A stretch of 64,000 nt of DNA, from NCBI GenBank assembly GCA_039798785.1, contig JBDKFG010000011.1, positions 1 through 64,000 of the forward strand, read 5' to 3'. The translations under genes were made by a program, and so were the position numbers. Positions within the stretch are counted from its first letter, which is position 1. Every line of letters starts with the position of its first letter. The notes under the pieces are model-generated. The model saw only the letters and a list, made by a program, of their open reading frames with translations. It was not told the origin of the DNA and did not search any database. Positions 9,635 to 18,904 of this stretch are shown one piece after another. Source of the stretch: Verrucomicrobiota bacterium (GTDB lineage Bacteria; Verrucomicrobiota; Lentisphaeria; Lentisphaerales; Lentisphaeraceae).

Positions 9635-10276
9635 TCACTCGTGCTGGTATCTCGGTTCGACCAGCAGGTCGACCCAGTGGTGCAGCAGAGCTGCGTGGGC
9701 GGTTTCTGCATGGCCGTAGGTGCTGCAAGGGACCCAGAAATTGAGATCGCCGAGGCGGCGCGAGGGGTTGTCGGCTTTCATTCCCGTGAAAGTGACGATC
9801 CCCATGCCCAGTTCGTCGGCGCTTTGCAGGGCCCGCAAGATGTTTGGAGAGGAGCCGGAAGAGGAGATCGCGACCAGGACATCGCCTTGGCGGCCACAGC
9901 GGTTCAAGGCGGCGGAGAAGATCTCCGCCGAGCCGAGGTCGTTGGCGAGACAGGTGAGGAGAGCGGGATCGGAAAACGTGTGAGTGGCCAGGCCGGCATT
10001 TTTGGCGAGGTCGGTGGAGAAATGCGAGGCCATTGAAGCCGACGCGCCATTGCCGACGAAATACAGGGCGCTGCGGCGTGAACGGGCCGCCAGGCTGAGC
10101 TCCTTGAGACGGGCGAAGCCCTGGTCGGGACTGAGTGAGGCTCCGCTTCCGTCAGTGATCTCCACCCTCTCCAGTTGGCGCTGCAGGGCGCTGATCCAGG
10201 AGTGGAAGACGGGGTTGAGCGCGCTGTCGCCCAAGGCGGGCGGCGATACGGGACTGAAGCTGAGGGGGCGTGCCAT
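9635..10276 (-). CDS. SIS-domain sugar isomerase (GmhA phosphoheptose isomerase-like)
   Basis: 'FVGNGASASMASHFSTDL', 'LTCLANDLG', 'AISSSGSSPNIL'. Confidence 0.85.
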   Translation of the reverse strand: MARPLSFSPVSPPALGDSALNPVFHSWISALQRQLERVEITDGSGASLSPDQGFARLKELSLAARSRRSALYFVGNGASASMASHFSTDLAKNAGLATHTFSDPALLTCLANDLGSAEIFSAALNRCGRQGDVLVAISSSGSSPNILRALQSADELGMGIVTFTGMKADNPSRRLGDLNFWVPCSTYGHAETAHAALLHHWVDLLVEPRYQHE

Positions 10277-10318
10277 GGTGTCGGTTCCTTCCGCTGGATC
10301 TCATTGCTCGCACTCCGT

Positions 10319-10334
10319 TGCAAGCCGCATGCCA
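10319..10334 (-). promoter_or_regulatory. Sigma-54 -24/-12 promoter for the SIS isomerase gene
   Basis: Minus strand TGGCAT-GCGGC-TTGCA, about 40 nt upstream of the ATG. Confidence 0.75.
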
Positions 10335-10551
10335 ATTCTCTTCGTCACTCGAGTCGGAAATTTTAGGAGCGGAAGCGCAAGGGGAGTGACGGAGTGGCCA
10401 GGCCCTTGATTCTGTCTTGAAAAAAATTTCATTAATCAGATGTTTTTTGCTTTTTGTCTTGCGGGTGAATTCTGTTGTGATGGCTCCATGCTCGAGTGTC
10501 ACCTGAGCTTGAACAGGGAAATTATTTCCGAAATACACTGTGTTTTTTTGC

Positions 10552-10567
10552 TGGCACGGCCCCTGCA
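10552..10567 (+). promoter_or_regulatory. Sigma-54 -24/-12 promoter for the flgJ-like/flgN/flgK operon
   Basis: TGGCAC-GGCCC-CTGCA upstream of RBS AGGAG and ATG 10599. Confidence 0.7.
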
Positions 10568-10598
10568 TAACGAGAAATCGCAAAGCAGGAGTCCGACC

Positions 10599-10898
10599 AT
10601 GATCATCAGTGCCAGCAGTCCGAATTCCACCGCCATGACGCGCAGTGCCGGGCCCGAGGATGCGCAGCTCCGTCAAGTAGCCAAGAATTTCGAGGAGGTG
10701 CTTATCGGCACTCTTCTGAAGCAGGGTATGGAGAGCGTCAAGGCCCTGGCTGAAAAAGAGGATGGCGAGGCGAGCAGCAGCGCCTGGAAGGAGATGGCCT
10801 GGGAGCAAATGAACAAGCATGTCGCCAGCAACATGGACGGCGGTCTCGCCGATGCGATCTACCAAAGTTTGAAAATGAAGCAAGGGGGCCAGTCATGA
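10599..10898 (+). CDS. Stand-alone FlgJ-type rod-binding domain protein
   Basis: 'QLRQVAKNFEEVLIGTLLKQG...WKEMAWEQM...GGLADAIYQSL'; RBS AGGAG; directly upstream of flgN-flgK. Confidence 0.75.
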   Translation: MIISASSPNSTAMTRSAGPEDAQLRQVAKNFEEVLIGTLLKQGMESVKALAEKEDGEASSSAWKEMAWEQMNKHVASNMDGGLADAIYQSLKMKQGGQS

Positions 10899-11344
10899 AT
10901 ACGATCGAAATGCCCGAGCCGGTGCGCCGCGTCGGCGGTCTCGCCGAGCGTCTCTGGAATGCCGCGGCGCTGCTACTCGAGGCGGCCGACAAACTTCAGG
11001 ATGCGCTTATCCACCGCCGCACCCAGGAGATCTGGGAGCTGCTGGCGCAGCAACAGGAGCGCGCCGCCGCCCTGGAGCAGCTCGCCGGTGTCTGGAAGCG
11101 GGTGATCGACGGCGGCGCCATCGTCTCGCCTGAACTGCCCGCCGCCCGGGCGGAACTGCGGGCCCTGATCGGCCGGGTCAGCATCCGCGAACAAGTCAAC
11201 TACGGACTCGCCCGCAGCTACCTCGGCGCGGTCGAACGAGCCCTGGCCAACAGCGCCGCAACCAGCCCCGGACGCCGCGTCTACGACAAGGCGGGCCGAC
11301 TTGGCGCCCGCGGTGGCTCCCGCCTCCTCGATTGCGCCGGATAA
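10895..11344 (+). CDS. flgN: Flagellar export chaperone FlgN
   Basis: Helical 149 aa, '..QVNYGLARSYL..', C-terminal 'VYDKAG...LLDCAG', located before flgK. Confidence 0.7.
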   Translation: MNTIEMPEPVRRVGGLAERLWNAAALLLEAADKLQDALIHRRTQEIWELLAQQQERAAALEQLAGVWKRVIDGGAIVSPELPAARAELRALIGRVSIREQVNYGLARSYLGAVERALANSAATSPGRRVYDKAGRLGARGGSRLLDCAG

Positions 11345-11356
11345 AGGAAGCCCCCC

Positions 11357-12739
11357 ATGTCACTCACCAACAGCCTCTGGATCGGCGAAAGCTCCCTCCT
11401 CACCCGGCAGGTTCAGCTCCGCACCGTCGGCAATAACGTCGCCAACTCCGACCGCACTGGCTACCACCGCCAGACCGCCACCCTCGACGAAAACATCCCG
11501 CTCAATACCAGCAAGCTCCAGCTCGGCTCGGGCGTCCACGTCCAGAACGTCGTCCGCAGCTTCGATGTCGCCCTCGAGGGGAACCTCCGCACTTCGATCA
11601 TGGAAGGCGGCTACCAAGAGCAGTACGAGCGCTACCTCGGGATGACCGAGGCGGCGGTCTCCAGCGACGGCGCCTCGCCGCTCACCGGCGCGATCAGTGA
11701 ACTGGCAGCCAGCCTGCAGAGCCTCTCCAACAATCCCGAGAGCGAGGTCCACCGCTCCACCTTCCTCGCCGGCGCCGAACGCGTCGCCTCCGCCTTCAAT
11801 CTGCAACACAGCCTCCTTCTTGACGTCCGTGACGGCATCGCCACTTCGGCCAGCGCCGGAGCCCTGCCCGACCAGGTGGTCGAGGCCAATACCCTCGCCA
11901 GCCGCATCGCCGACCTCAACGACCGCATCACCCGCCTCGAACTGGGCTTCTGGCAGAACAACAACCAGCTCGCCAATGAACTCCGCGATGACCGCGATCG
12001 CGCGGTCAGCGATCTCGCTAAACTGATCAACATCACCGTCACCGAGCAGCAGGACCGCAGCTACACCGTCCAAATCAACGGACGCGACTTCGTCACCGGA
12101 GCCACCGTCGCCGACAATCTCCAAGCCGATGTCACCGGAAACGTCGCAGCCCTGCAGTGGGCCAGCGACAGCGCGGACGTCGGCCAGGATCTCGGCGAGA
12201 TGTCGGGTCTGGTCGACGCCTACAATTACATCCAGGGCAAGATCACCGAGACCGACGCCTTCGCGGCGGAATTCGCCACCATCCTCAACACCCAGCATGC
12301 GGCCGGCTTCGACAAGAACGGCGCCTCCGGCCTGCCGATCTTTGATACCACCGTTCCTGGCGAAATGAAAGTGCTGATCAGCGACGGCTCCCTCGTCGCC
12401 GCCGCCGACAACAGCAGCAACGCCGGTGACGGCGGCAACGCCCTGGCGATGTGGAAGGCCCTGCAGACTCCTTCCGCCGCCCTCGGCAACGATGCTCCGG
12501 TCGACCGCGCCGACCGCATCGTCGACAACATCGCCGTCGACCGCGCCCGCGCCCAGGCCAATCTCGACACCGCCACCAGCACCCAGAAGATGTTCCAGAG
12601 CATCATCGACGAACGATCCGGCGTCAACGTCGAACAGGAAATGACCAACATGCTCGAATACCAACGCGCCTTCCAATCCTCCGCCAAATTCGTCTCCATC
12701 GTCGACCAGATGATGCAGACCGTGATTGGGATGATCTGA
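11357..12739 (+). CDS. flgK: Flagellar hook-associated protein 1
   Basis: 'TVGNNVANSDRTGYHRQ', 'LGSGV', C-terminal 'SGVNVEQEMTNMLEYQRAFQSSAKFVSIVDQMMQTVI'. Confidence 0.95.
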   Translation: MSLTNSLWIGESSLLTRQVQLRTVGNNVANSDRTGYHRQTATLDENIPLNTSKLQLGSGVHVQNVVRSFDVALEGNLRTSIMEGGYQEQYERYLGMTEAAVSSDGASPLTGAISELAASLQSLSNNPESEVHRSTFLAGAERVASAFNLQHSLLLDVRDGIATSASAGALPDQVVEANTLASRIADLNDRITRLELGFWQNNNQLANELRDDRDRAVSDLAKLINITVTEQQDRSYTVQINGRDFVTGATVADNLQADVTGNVAALQWASDSADVGQDLGEMSGLVDAYNYIQGKITETDAFAAEFATILNTQHAAGFDKNGASGLPIFDTTVPGEMKVLISDGSLVAAADNSSNAGDGGNALAMWKALQTPSAALGNDAPVDRADRIVDNIAVDRARAQANLDTATSTQKMFQSIIDERSGVNVEQEMTNMLEYQRAFQSSAKFVSIVDQMMQTVIGMI

Positions 12740-12864
12740 GCAATTACGAATTACTAATTACAAATTACGAATTAACAGCTCAAAAAGCACCAGCCCTTCT
12801 ACGCTCAATTGCTCTGGCCTCTGCGCTCAATTCGTAATTTGTAATTCGCAATTCGTAATTGCTC
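12738..12864. repeat. Heptamer (AATTACG) tandem-repeat hairpin element
   Basis: Five AATTAC(G/T/A)-like units at 12742-12776; complementary CGTAATT-like units at 12833-12860; outer GAGC/GCTC pair. Confidence 0.88.
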
Positions 12865-12880
12865 TGGCCCGCTTCTTGCT
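12865..12880 (+). promoter_or_regulatory. Sigma-54 -24/-12 promoter
   Basis: TGGCCC-GCTTC-TTGCT with exact spacing, upstream of RBS AGGAG at 12898. Confidence 0.7.
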
Positions 12881-12909
12881 TCACCCCAGAACTCGACAGG
12901 AGAATGACC

Positions 12910-13068
12910 ATGACTACACAGAAGACACAGGAAAGTTCCGCCCGCAGCCAAGGTGGTCTGGGCGGCAGCTTGGGAAATCTTGGCGACAGCCTGCAGAATT
13001 ATCTCAAGGCCCTGCAGAATCTCAACCCTCGCCCCGGCAAGCCCGCGGGCGGTCGCAACGGACGCTGA
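12910..13068 (+). CDS. Small hypothetical protein (52 aa)
   Basis: AGGAG 7 nt before ATG; lies behind a sigma-54 motif; stop 3 nt before the next gene. Confidence 0.55.
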   Translation: MTTQKTQESSARSQGGLGGSLGNLGDSLQNYLKALQNLNPRPGKPAGGRNGR

Positions 13069-13071
13069 TCC

Positions 13072-14190
13072 ATGACCGCCCAGGTGCAAGGCGATCTTCT
13101 CCGCTCCTCGATGGTCAAACCCTCGGCCAGCCTGGCCGCGACCTTGCGGGCGATGAAGGCGGAATGCGCCCTGGTGATCAACGGCTCAGGCGTCCTGGTC
13201 GGCATGGTCACCGACGGCGATATCCGCCGCGCCTTCCTCGGCGGCGCCTCGCTCGAGACTCCGATCGAGCAGGTGATGACCCGTGATCCTATCCGCGTCG
13301 GTCAGGATGCCACCAGCGAGGACGTCCTCCGTCTCATGGTCGCCCGCAAGATCCGGCAGGTGCCGGTGGTCGACGAACTGGGGCGTCCGGTCGCCCTCGA
13401 GCTCTTCAAGGATCGTCTCGATGAAGACGGAGTCGCCGAAGCGGTGGTGATGGCCGGCGGGCGGGGTCAAAGACTCATGCCTTTGACTCAGGATACACCC
13501 AAACCGCTGCTCAAAGTCGGCGACCAGACCATTCTCGATGACATCCTCGGCAAGCTCAGGCGAAATGGCGTCAAGGACGTCGTCCTCACCGTCGGCTATC
13601 TTGCCGACAAGATCCGCGAGCACATCGGGGGCGGGGATTCGCACGATCTGCACGTCAATTACGTCCAGGAGGAGACTGCGCTCGGCACGGCCGGCGCCCT
13701 CGCCCTTCTCGATCCGAAGCCGCAACACCCCTTCCTGGTGATGAATGGCGATCTCCTCACCGAGCTCGATTTCCGCGCCCTCTCCGCCTTCCACCAGGAG
13801 TCGGGCAACGCCATCACCATGTGCGTCAGGCGCTTCAGCTACCGCATCCCTTACGGCGTCGTCCGTCTCGAGCCCGGCAGCCACAGCGTCGAAGGGATCG
13901 ACGAAAAACCGGAAATTCCCTTCCTGGTCAACGCCGGCATCTACATGCTCGATCCCGAAGTCATCGAACTGATTCCCAAAGGCCGTTTCTACGACATGGT
14001 GTCGCTGATGAACCAGGCTCGCGGCCTGGGACGGAAAGTCGGAGCCTTCCCGATCCTCGAATACTGGAAGGACATCGGTCAGCACACCGAGATCGCGGAA
14101 GCCGACCGTTACTGCCGCGCCAAACTGGCGGCCGCCGCGATGAGCGCCGCCGTCTATCCCTTCCCCATCCCCCAAGGAGGCCAGCCATGA
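13072..14190 (+). CDS. CBS-domain sugar-phosphate nucleotidyltransferase (PtmE-like architecture)
   Basis: Tandem CBS domains ('GMVTDGDIRRA'), then 'MAGGRGQRLMPLTQDTPKPLL', 'LGTAGAL', 'VMNGDLLT', 'YWKDIG'. Confidence 0.9.
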   Translation: MTAQVQGDLLRSSMVKPSASLAATLRAMKAECALVINGSGVLVGMVTDGDIRRAFLGGASLETPIEQVMTRDPIRVGQDATSEDVLRLMVARKIRQVPVVDELGRPVALELFKDRLDEDGVAEAVVMAGGRGQRLMPLTQDTPKPLLKVGDQTILDDILGKLRRNGVKDVVLTVGYLADKIREHIGGGDSHDLHVNYVQEETALGTAGALALLDPKPQHPFLVMNGDLLTELDFRALSAFHQESGNAITMCVRRFSYRIPYGVVRLEPGSHSVEGIDEKPEIPFLVNAGIYMLDPEVIELIPKGRFYDMVSLMNQARGLGRKVGAFPILEYWKDIGQHTEIAEADRYCRAKLAAAAMSAAVYPFPIPQGGQP

Positions 14191-14337
14191 AAGCCGCTAA
14201 AACCGAGTTGAAAGGTTCAAGGGTTGAAAGGTTCAAAGGCCAGCGCAAGAAGCAACGAGCTTCTCTCTTCAATCTCTCCGCTCCAGCTTTTCAACCATTC
14301 AATCTTTCAACCTTTCAACCGAGGCTCCAGCCATGAA
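14181..14337. repeat. Octamer (GTTGAAAG/CTTTCAAC) tandem-repeat hairpin flanked by direct repeat CCAGCCATGAA
   Basis: Four units at 14207-14239; four complementary units at 14288-14320; 11-bp direct repeat at 14181-14191 and 14327-14337. Confidence 0.88.
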
Positions 14338-15256
14338 CCGCGTCAGCACCGGAGCCCAGTACGACGACTTGGCGTCGCGCGTCCTGGAAACTCAGTCGCG
14401 CTACAGCCAGAAGCAGATGCAGATCTCTTCCGGGCGGGCGTGGATCTCCCGCTCCGAGGCGCCCGCCGACGCCTCAGAATCCGCCTTGATCGAACGCAGC
14501 AACGAGGAGACCAAGCAGTTCGCCGACAACGTCAGCGAAGCCGGATCCTGGCTCGCCGCCACCCAGGCGCGGACCCAGGACAGCGTCGACACTCTGCAGA
14601 AAGCCCTCGAGCTGATCACCCAGTCGAACAACGGCGCCATCCCCGCCACCGCCCGCAAGGACATCGGCGAGCAGCTTGACGCCTTGATCGAACAGCTCTA
14701 TCAGACCGGCAATTCGCAGTACGCCGGCACCTATCTCTTTTCCGGCACCGACGCGCAGGAGCCGCTCGCCGCCACCCGCGACCCGGCTAGCGGCCTGATC
14801 ACCGCCGTCACCAGCAATGCCGATGCCTCCACCGAGCGACGCCAGACCCAGATCGATCACGGCTCCGTCGTCCCTTACGGCGATCTCGCCGCCGGCACCA
14901 GCGGCACCTTCATCGCCACCGATAAAGGCGTCGATCTCTTCGCCAACCTGATCAAGCTGCGCGATGTGCTGCGCACCGGCCAGCAGGTTGACGTCCTCGA
15001 TCAGAAGCAGCTTGAGAACAATCTCGATCACGTGATCAACCGGATCTCCTCCAACGGCGTCCGGCAGCAATGGTTCGAGCAGCAGAACAACACCTTGATC
15101 TCGGTGCAGGAAACCAACCTGAAGCAGGTCGGCCTCCTCAAGGACGCCGACATGAGCAAGTCGATCATGGAGCTGTCGCAGCTGCAGACTTCATTTCAGG
15201 CTTCGATGCAGATGATCGCCAAGAACAACGAGATGTCGATCCTCAAGTACATCTGA
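14333..15256 (+). CDS. flgL: Flagellar hook-associated protein 3
   Basis: 'QMQISSGRAWISRSEAP', 'NSQYAGTYLFSG', C-terminal 'DADMSKSIMEL...SILKYI'. Confidence 0.92.
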   Translation: MNRVSTGAQYDDLASRVLETQSRYSQKQMQISSGRAWISRSEAPADASESALIERSNEETKQFADNVSEAGSWLAATQARTQDSVDTLQKALELITQSNNGAIPATARKDIGEQLDALIEQLYQTGNSQYAGTYLFSGTDAQEPLAATRDPASGLITAVTSNADASTERRQTQIDHGSVVPYGDLAAGTSGTFIATDKGVDLFANLIKLRDVLRTGQQVDVLDQKQLENNLDHVINRISSNGVRQQWFEQQNNTLISVQETNLKQVGLLKDADMSKSIMELSQLQTSFQASMQMIAKNNEMSILKYI

Positions 15257-15381
15257 GCCGAGATCCGGCGGACGTCCGTGGATTAGGACGGAAAATTTCA
15301 TTTTCGAGAAACACTTTCTTTGTCTTGCTGTCGTATTATGACCAGAGAACCCTTTCCCCAACCTGACCAGGAGATGCCCGC

Positions 15382-15756
15382 ATGCGCCTTGCCCTTCCCT
15401 TCGCCCTTGCCGTCGGTTTCGCCCTTCCGATCTTTGCCGGCGACGTTAATCAAGAAGTCAAGAAGTTGATGGAGAACGAGGTGAAGAAGCCCGGCAAGGC
15501 GCTCAAGTCCCTGGCCAAGGCGAAGAAATTCACCGATCCCACCTTCGCCACTGAGCTCGAAAAGCTGATCAAGGCCTCCGACAAGCTCAAGGGCATCAAG
15601 CATAAGGACAAGGAGTTCAACGACATGTCCGCCGACATGGCCACCGCCCTCGCCGCCGTCAAGGCCGCGGTTGAAAAGAAAGATTTCGCCGCAGCCGAGA
15701 AGTCCTGGGGCGAGGTCACCAGCTCCTGCGCCTCCTGCCACAAGAAGTACGAATAA
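15382..15756 (+). CDS. Class II (four-helix) cytochrome c, c'-like
   Basis: Signal peptide; single C-terminal CASCH haem motif; RBS AGGAG. Confidence 0.85.
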   Translation: MRLALPFALAVGFALPIFAGDVNQEVKKLMENEVKKPGKALKSLAKAKKFTDPTFATELEKLIKASDKLKGIKHKDKEFNDMSADMATALAAVKAAVEKKDFAAAEKSWGEVTSSCASCHKKYE

Positions 15757-15777
15757 GCTTCCTTTCGCAAGGAATCC

Positions 15778-15808
15778 GGCCCCGGCTTGTCCGGGGCCTT
15801 TTTTTTTG
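15778..15808 (+). terminator. Rho-independent terminator
   Basis: GGCCCCGG-loop-CCGGGGCC followed by a long T run. Confidence 0.85.
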
Positions 15809-16023
15809 CGGCTCTCCCGGGAATTTTGTGGGTCCCATCCCACGCCTGCGGCCTCCGGCCCACACATGACTCTGGACGAACGTCTTTTGCGCCGACCGAA
15901 TCGGCATCAAATTGAATTGCGGCAAAAGGCCCGGATGTCGAAGCCGGATAAGCAGTGGATGAGCCGCAACCCGAGCCTATCCAAGATCCTCATCATGCCA
16001 CGAAATCCCTCTTGCAAGGGGGG

Positions 16024-16039
16024 TGGCATGGGACTTGCT
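16024..16039 (+). promoter_or_regulatory. Sigma-54 -24/-12 promoter for flhA
   Basis: TGGCAT-GGGAC-TTGCT, 35 nt upstream of the ATG. Confidence 0.78.
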
Positions 16040-16074
16040 GTTGACTTGGGCAAAAGCCTGAGGGAGAATCTCCG

Positions 16075-18165
16075 ATGAGCACCATGGACAACCTGAAGAC
16101 CCGCGCCGGACTCACCGATGTCGGTTTCGCCCTCGGCATGGCGATGGTCCTCTTCATCCTCATCTTCAAGCTGCCGCCGATGGTGCTCGACCTGCTGCTG
16201 GTCTGCTCGATCTCGGCCGGCTTCCTGGTGATGCTGATGACGCTCTACATCAGCACCCCGCTACAGCTCTCCAGCTTCCCCGCCATCCTCCTCATCGTCA
16301 CCCTCTTCCGCCTTAGCCTCAACGTCGCCTCGACCAAGCTCATCCTTCTCGATGGCCATGCCGGCGAGGTGATCCACGCCTTCGGCTCCTTCGTCATCCA
16401 GGGCAACTACTTCGTCGGCATCGTCATCTTCCTGATCATCACCATGATCCAGTTCAAAGTGGTGACCGAGGGTGCGACCCGGATCGCCGAGGTCGCCGCC
16501 CGCTTCACCCTCGACGCCTTGCCGGGCAAGCAGATGAGCATCGACGCCGACCTCAACGCCGGCTTGATCGACGAACGTGAGGCGCAGGAACGCCGCAAGA
16601 AGCTCAACGACGAAGCCTCCTTCTATGGATCGATGGACGGTGCCAACAAGTTCGTCAAAGGGGACGTCATCGCTGGTCTGATCATCCTCGTCATCAACAT
16701 CGTCGGCGGCATCGCCATCGGCCTCCTGCAGAAGGACATGGATCTGGTTCCGGCGATGCAGAAATACACGGTGCTGACCATCGGCGAGGGCCTGGTCAGC
16801 CAGATCCCCTCTCTGGTGATCTCAGTCGCCGCTGGTATCCTGGTGACCCGCAGCACCAAGCAAGGCGCGATGGGTTCGCAGGTCTTCACCGAACTGCTGG
16901 CACAGCCGACGCCGCTCTACGTCTGCTCGCTGATTCTTGCGGTCATCGCGATTCTTCCCGGCCTGCCCTTCCTGCCCTTCGCCATTCTCGCCGGCGGCAT
17001 CTTCGCCCTCGCCCGGGTGGCGGAGAAGGGTGCCGCGGCCGTCCCCGCTCTGGCGGGAGCGGCGACCAGTCCCGGCGTCCCGGGCGCGCCAGCCGCGCCG
17101 GGGGCTCCCGCAGCCGCGCCTGAAGATAAATACAACAAGCCGGTGAACCCGATGCAGCTCGAAATCGGCTTCTCCCTGGTGCCGCTGGTAGACGTCGGCC
17201 AGGGAGGAGACCTGGTCGAACGGATCGGCAACATCCGCAGCCAGATCTACGACGACCTCGGCTTCCGCATTCCTCCGGTGTCGGTGAAGGACAACATCGA
17301 GATCGGCGCCAACGAGTACCGGATCCTGGTGCGCGGCCTGGAGCGGGCCCGCGGCCAGGTCCACGTCGGTTATCATCTGGCGATCAACCCTGGCGACGTA
17401 CGCGACAACATCGAAGGGATCAAGGCCAAGGACCCCGCCTTCGGCTTTGATGCGGTGTGGATCTCGCCGAAACGGGTGGAGGCCGCCGAAGCCCTCGGCT
17501 ACACCGTCGTCGATGCCGCTTCGGTGATCACCACCCACATCACCAAGCTGGTTCGCGACTACGCTCCCGACATGCTTGCCCGCCAGGATGTATCCAACAT
17601 GCTCGAAAAACTCAAGGAGACCCATGCTGCGGTGGTCAACGAAGTCACCCCCGAGCCCCTTCCGGTCGGCGTCATCCACCGCGTCCTGCAAAACCTCCTC
17701 GGCGAAAAAGTGCCGATCCACGATCTCGCCCTGGTTCTCGAAACCCTTGCCGATCACGCCGCCGTCAGCAAGGACCCGCAAGTCTTGGCCGAGCACTGCC
17801 GTCAGGCCCTTCGCGGCCATATCAGCTCGCGCTGCCTGGCCGACGGCAAGACTCTCTTCGGGGTCACGATCCAGCCTGAGCTCGAGCACGAAATCGTCAG
17901 CTCGATCACCCAGAACAACGGCATCGGCCTGCTCACTCTCGCGCCGGAACGCGCCGGCGAGATCGTCCGGCAGATCACCCAGGTGACCAGCTCATTGAAG
18001 CAGTCCACCGGCGCCGATGTCTGCCTTCTGGTTTCGCCATTGATCCGGAGTCACCTGCAACAGCTGGTCAGCCGCAAGGCGCCGGAGCTGCCGATCCTGT
18101 CGTATGCGGAGATCTCCGATGACCTGCCGGTGGAAATCGTCGGCAACGTCCAGCTGCCTCGCTGA
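16075..18165 (+). CDS. flhA: Flagellar export apparatus protein FlhA
   Basis: 'RIAEVAARFTLDALPGKQMSIDADLNAG', 'FYGSMDGANKFVKGD', 'DPAFG', 'GYTVVD'. Confidence 0.96.
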   Translation: MSTMDNLKTRAGLTDVGFALGMAMVLFILIFKLPPMVLDLLLVCSISAGFLVMLMTLYISTPLQLSSFPAILLIVTLFRLSLNVASTKLILLDGHAGEVIHAFGSFVIQGNYFVGIVIFLIITMIQFKVVTEGATRIAEVAARFTLDALPGKQMSIDADLNAGLIDEREAQERRKKLNDEASFYGSMDGANKFVKGDVIAGLIILVINIVGGIAIGLLQKDMDLVPAMQKYTVLTIGEGLVSQIPSLVISVAAGILVTRSTKQGAMGSQVFTELLAQPTPLYVCSLILAVIAILPGLPFLPFAILAGGIFALARVAEKGAAAVPALAGAATSPGVPGAPAAPGAPAAAPEDKYNKPVNPMQLEIGFSLVPLVDVGQGGDLVERIGNIRSQIYDDLGFRIPPVSVKDNIEIGANEYRILVRGLERARGQVHVGYHLAINPGDVRDNIEGIKAKDPAFGFDAVWISPKRVEAAEALGYTVVDAASVITTHITKLVRDYAPDMLARQDVSNMLEKLKETHAAVVNEVTPEPLPVGVIHRVLQNLLGEKVPIHDLALVLETLADHAAVSKDPQVLAEHCRQALRGHISSRCLADGKTLFGVTIQPELEHEIVSSITQNNGIGLLTLAPERAGEIVRQITQVTSSLKQSTGADVCLLVSPLIRSHLQQLVSRKAPELPILSYAEISDDLPVEIVGNVQLPR

Positions 18166-18207
18166 AAGAACCGTGACCAGAAGCCCCGGCCCGCCTGCCG
18201 AGAGGGT

Positions 18208-18903
18208 CTATTTCAGCGGCCGCATCCTGAGGATGATCCGCAGCCCGGCGCCGATGCCGGGCTTGAGGCGGCGGGGATTGGCTTCGAAGATGACGTCCTT
18301 GCCGGCGTCGCGGTCGGCGCAATTGAGGACGCTGTCGGGGCGGCTGTAGAGGAGCGCGATGTTGCCGGCTCCTTCCGCCTGGACGACCCCGTCGACCACT
18401 TCGGAGCCGGTGAAACGGAAGCCCAGGCGTGGGGGCGCCCTCATGGCGCGGCGAGTGTCGGCAAGGAAGTTCTCGACCGGTTCGCGATGGATTTCGCCGT
18501 TGTCGCCGCGCCACTCGACATCAATGTCGATGAGCTGGCCCTGTACGCCGTCGGGGGTCTTGACGTCGTTGCGGGCGCCGGCAAGGAGCAGCATCAGCTG
18601 GATCTGGTAGGGGGAGGCCTCGCTGAGCAGGAGTGCCTCGTGAAGGCGTCCGCGAGGGGTGGCGATCAGCACCTCCAAGGTGCCTTCGGCGATGTTCATT
18701 TCGCCGGGGAAGGAGATTTCCTGCCGTTGCGGATCGTACAGGCATTTGCCGAGCCGGATGCGGCCGTCTTCGAGACGGACTGGACGCTCGTCGGGAGGGC
18801 GGAGGGTCTGGCGCTGACGCCCCGGTTCACCTTCTCCGCCGAACTGCGAGAAAAGCGGCGGCGCGACGGCAAGCAGGGCCAGCCAGGCCCATGAGGCTTT
18901 CAT
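18208..18903 (-). CDS. Exported YdjY-like domain protein
   Basis: Signal peptide; 'LEVLIATPRGRLHEALL', 'FRFTGS' motifs. Confidence 0.65.
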   Translation of the reverse strand: MKASWAWLALLAVAPPLFSQFGGEGEPGRQRQTLRPPDERPVRLEDGRIRLGKCLYDPQRQEISFPGEMNIAEGTLEVLIATPRGRLHEALLLSEASPYQIQLMLLLAGARNDVKTPDGVQGQLIDIDVEWRGDNGEIHREPVENFLADTRRAMRAPPRLGFRFTGSEVVDGVVQAEGAGNIALLYSRPDSVLNCADRDAGKDVIFEANPRRLKPGIGAGLRIILRMRPLK

Positions 18904-18904
18904 A

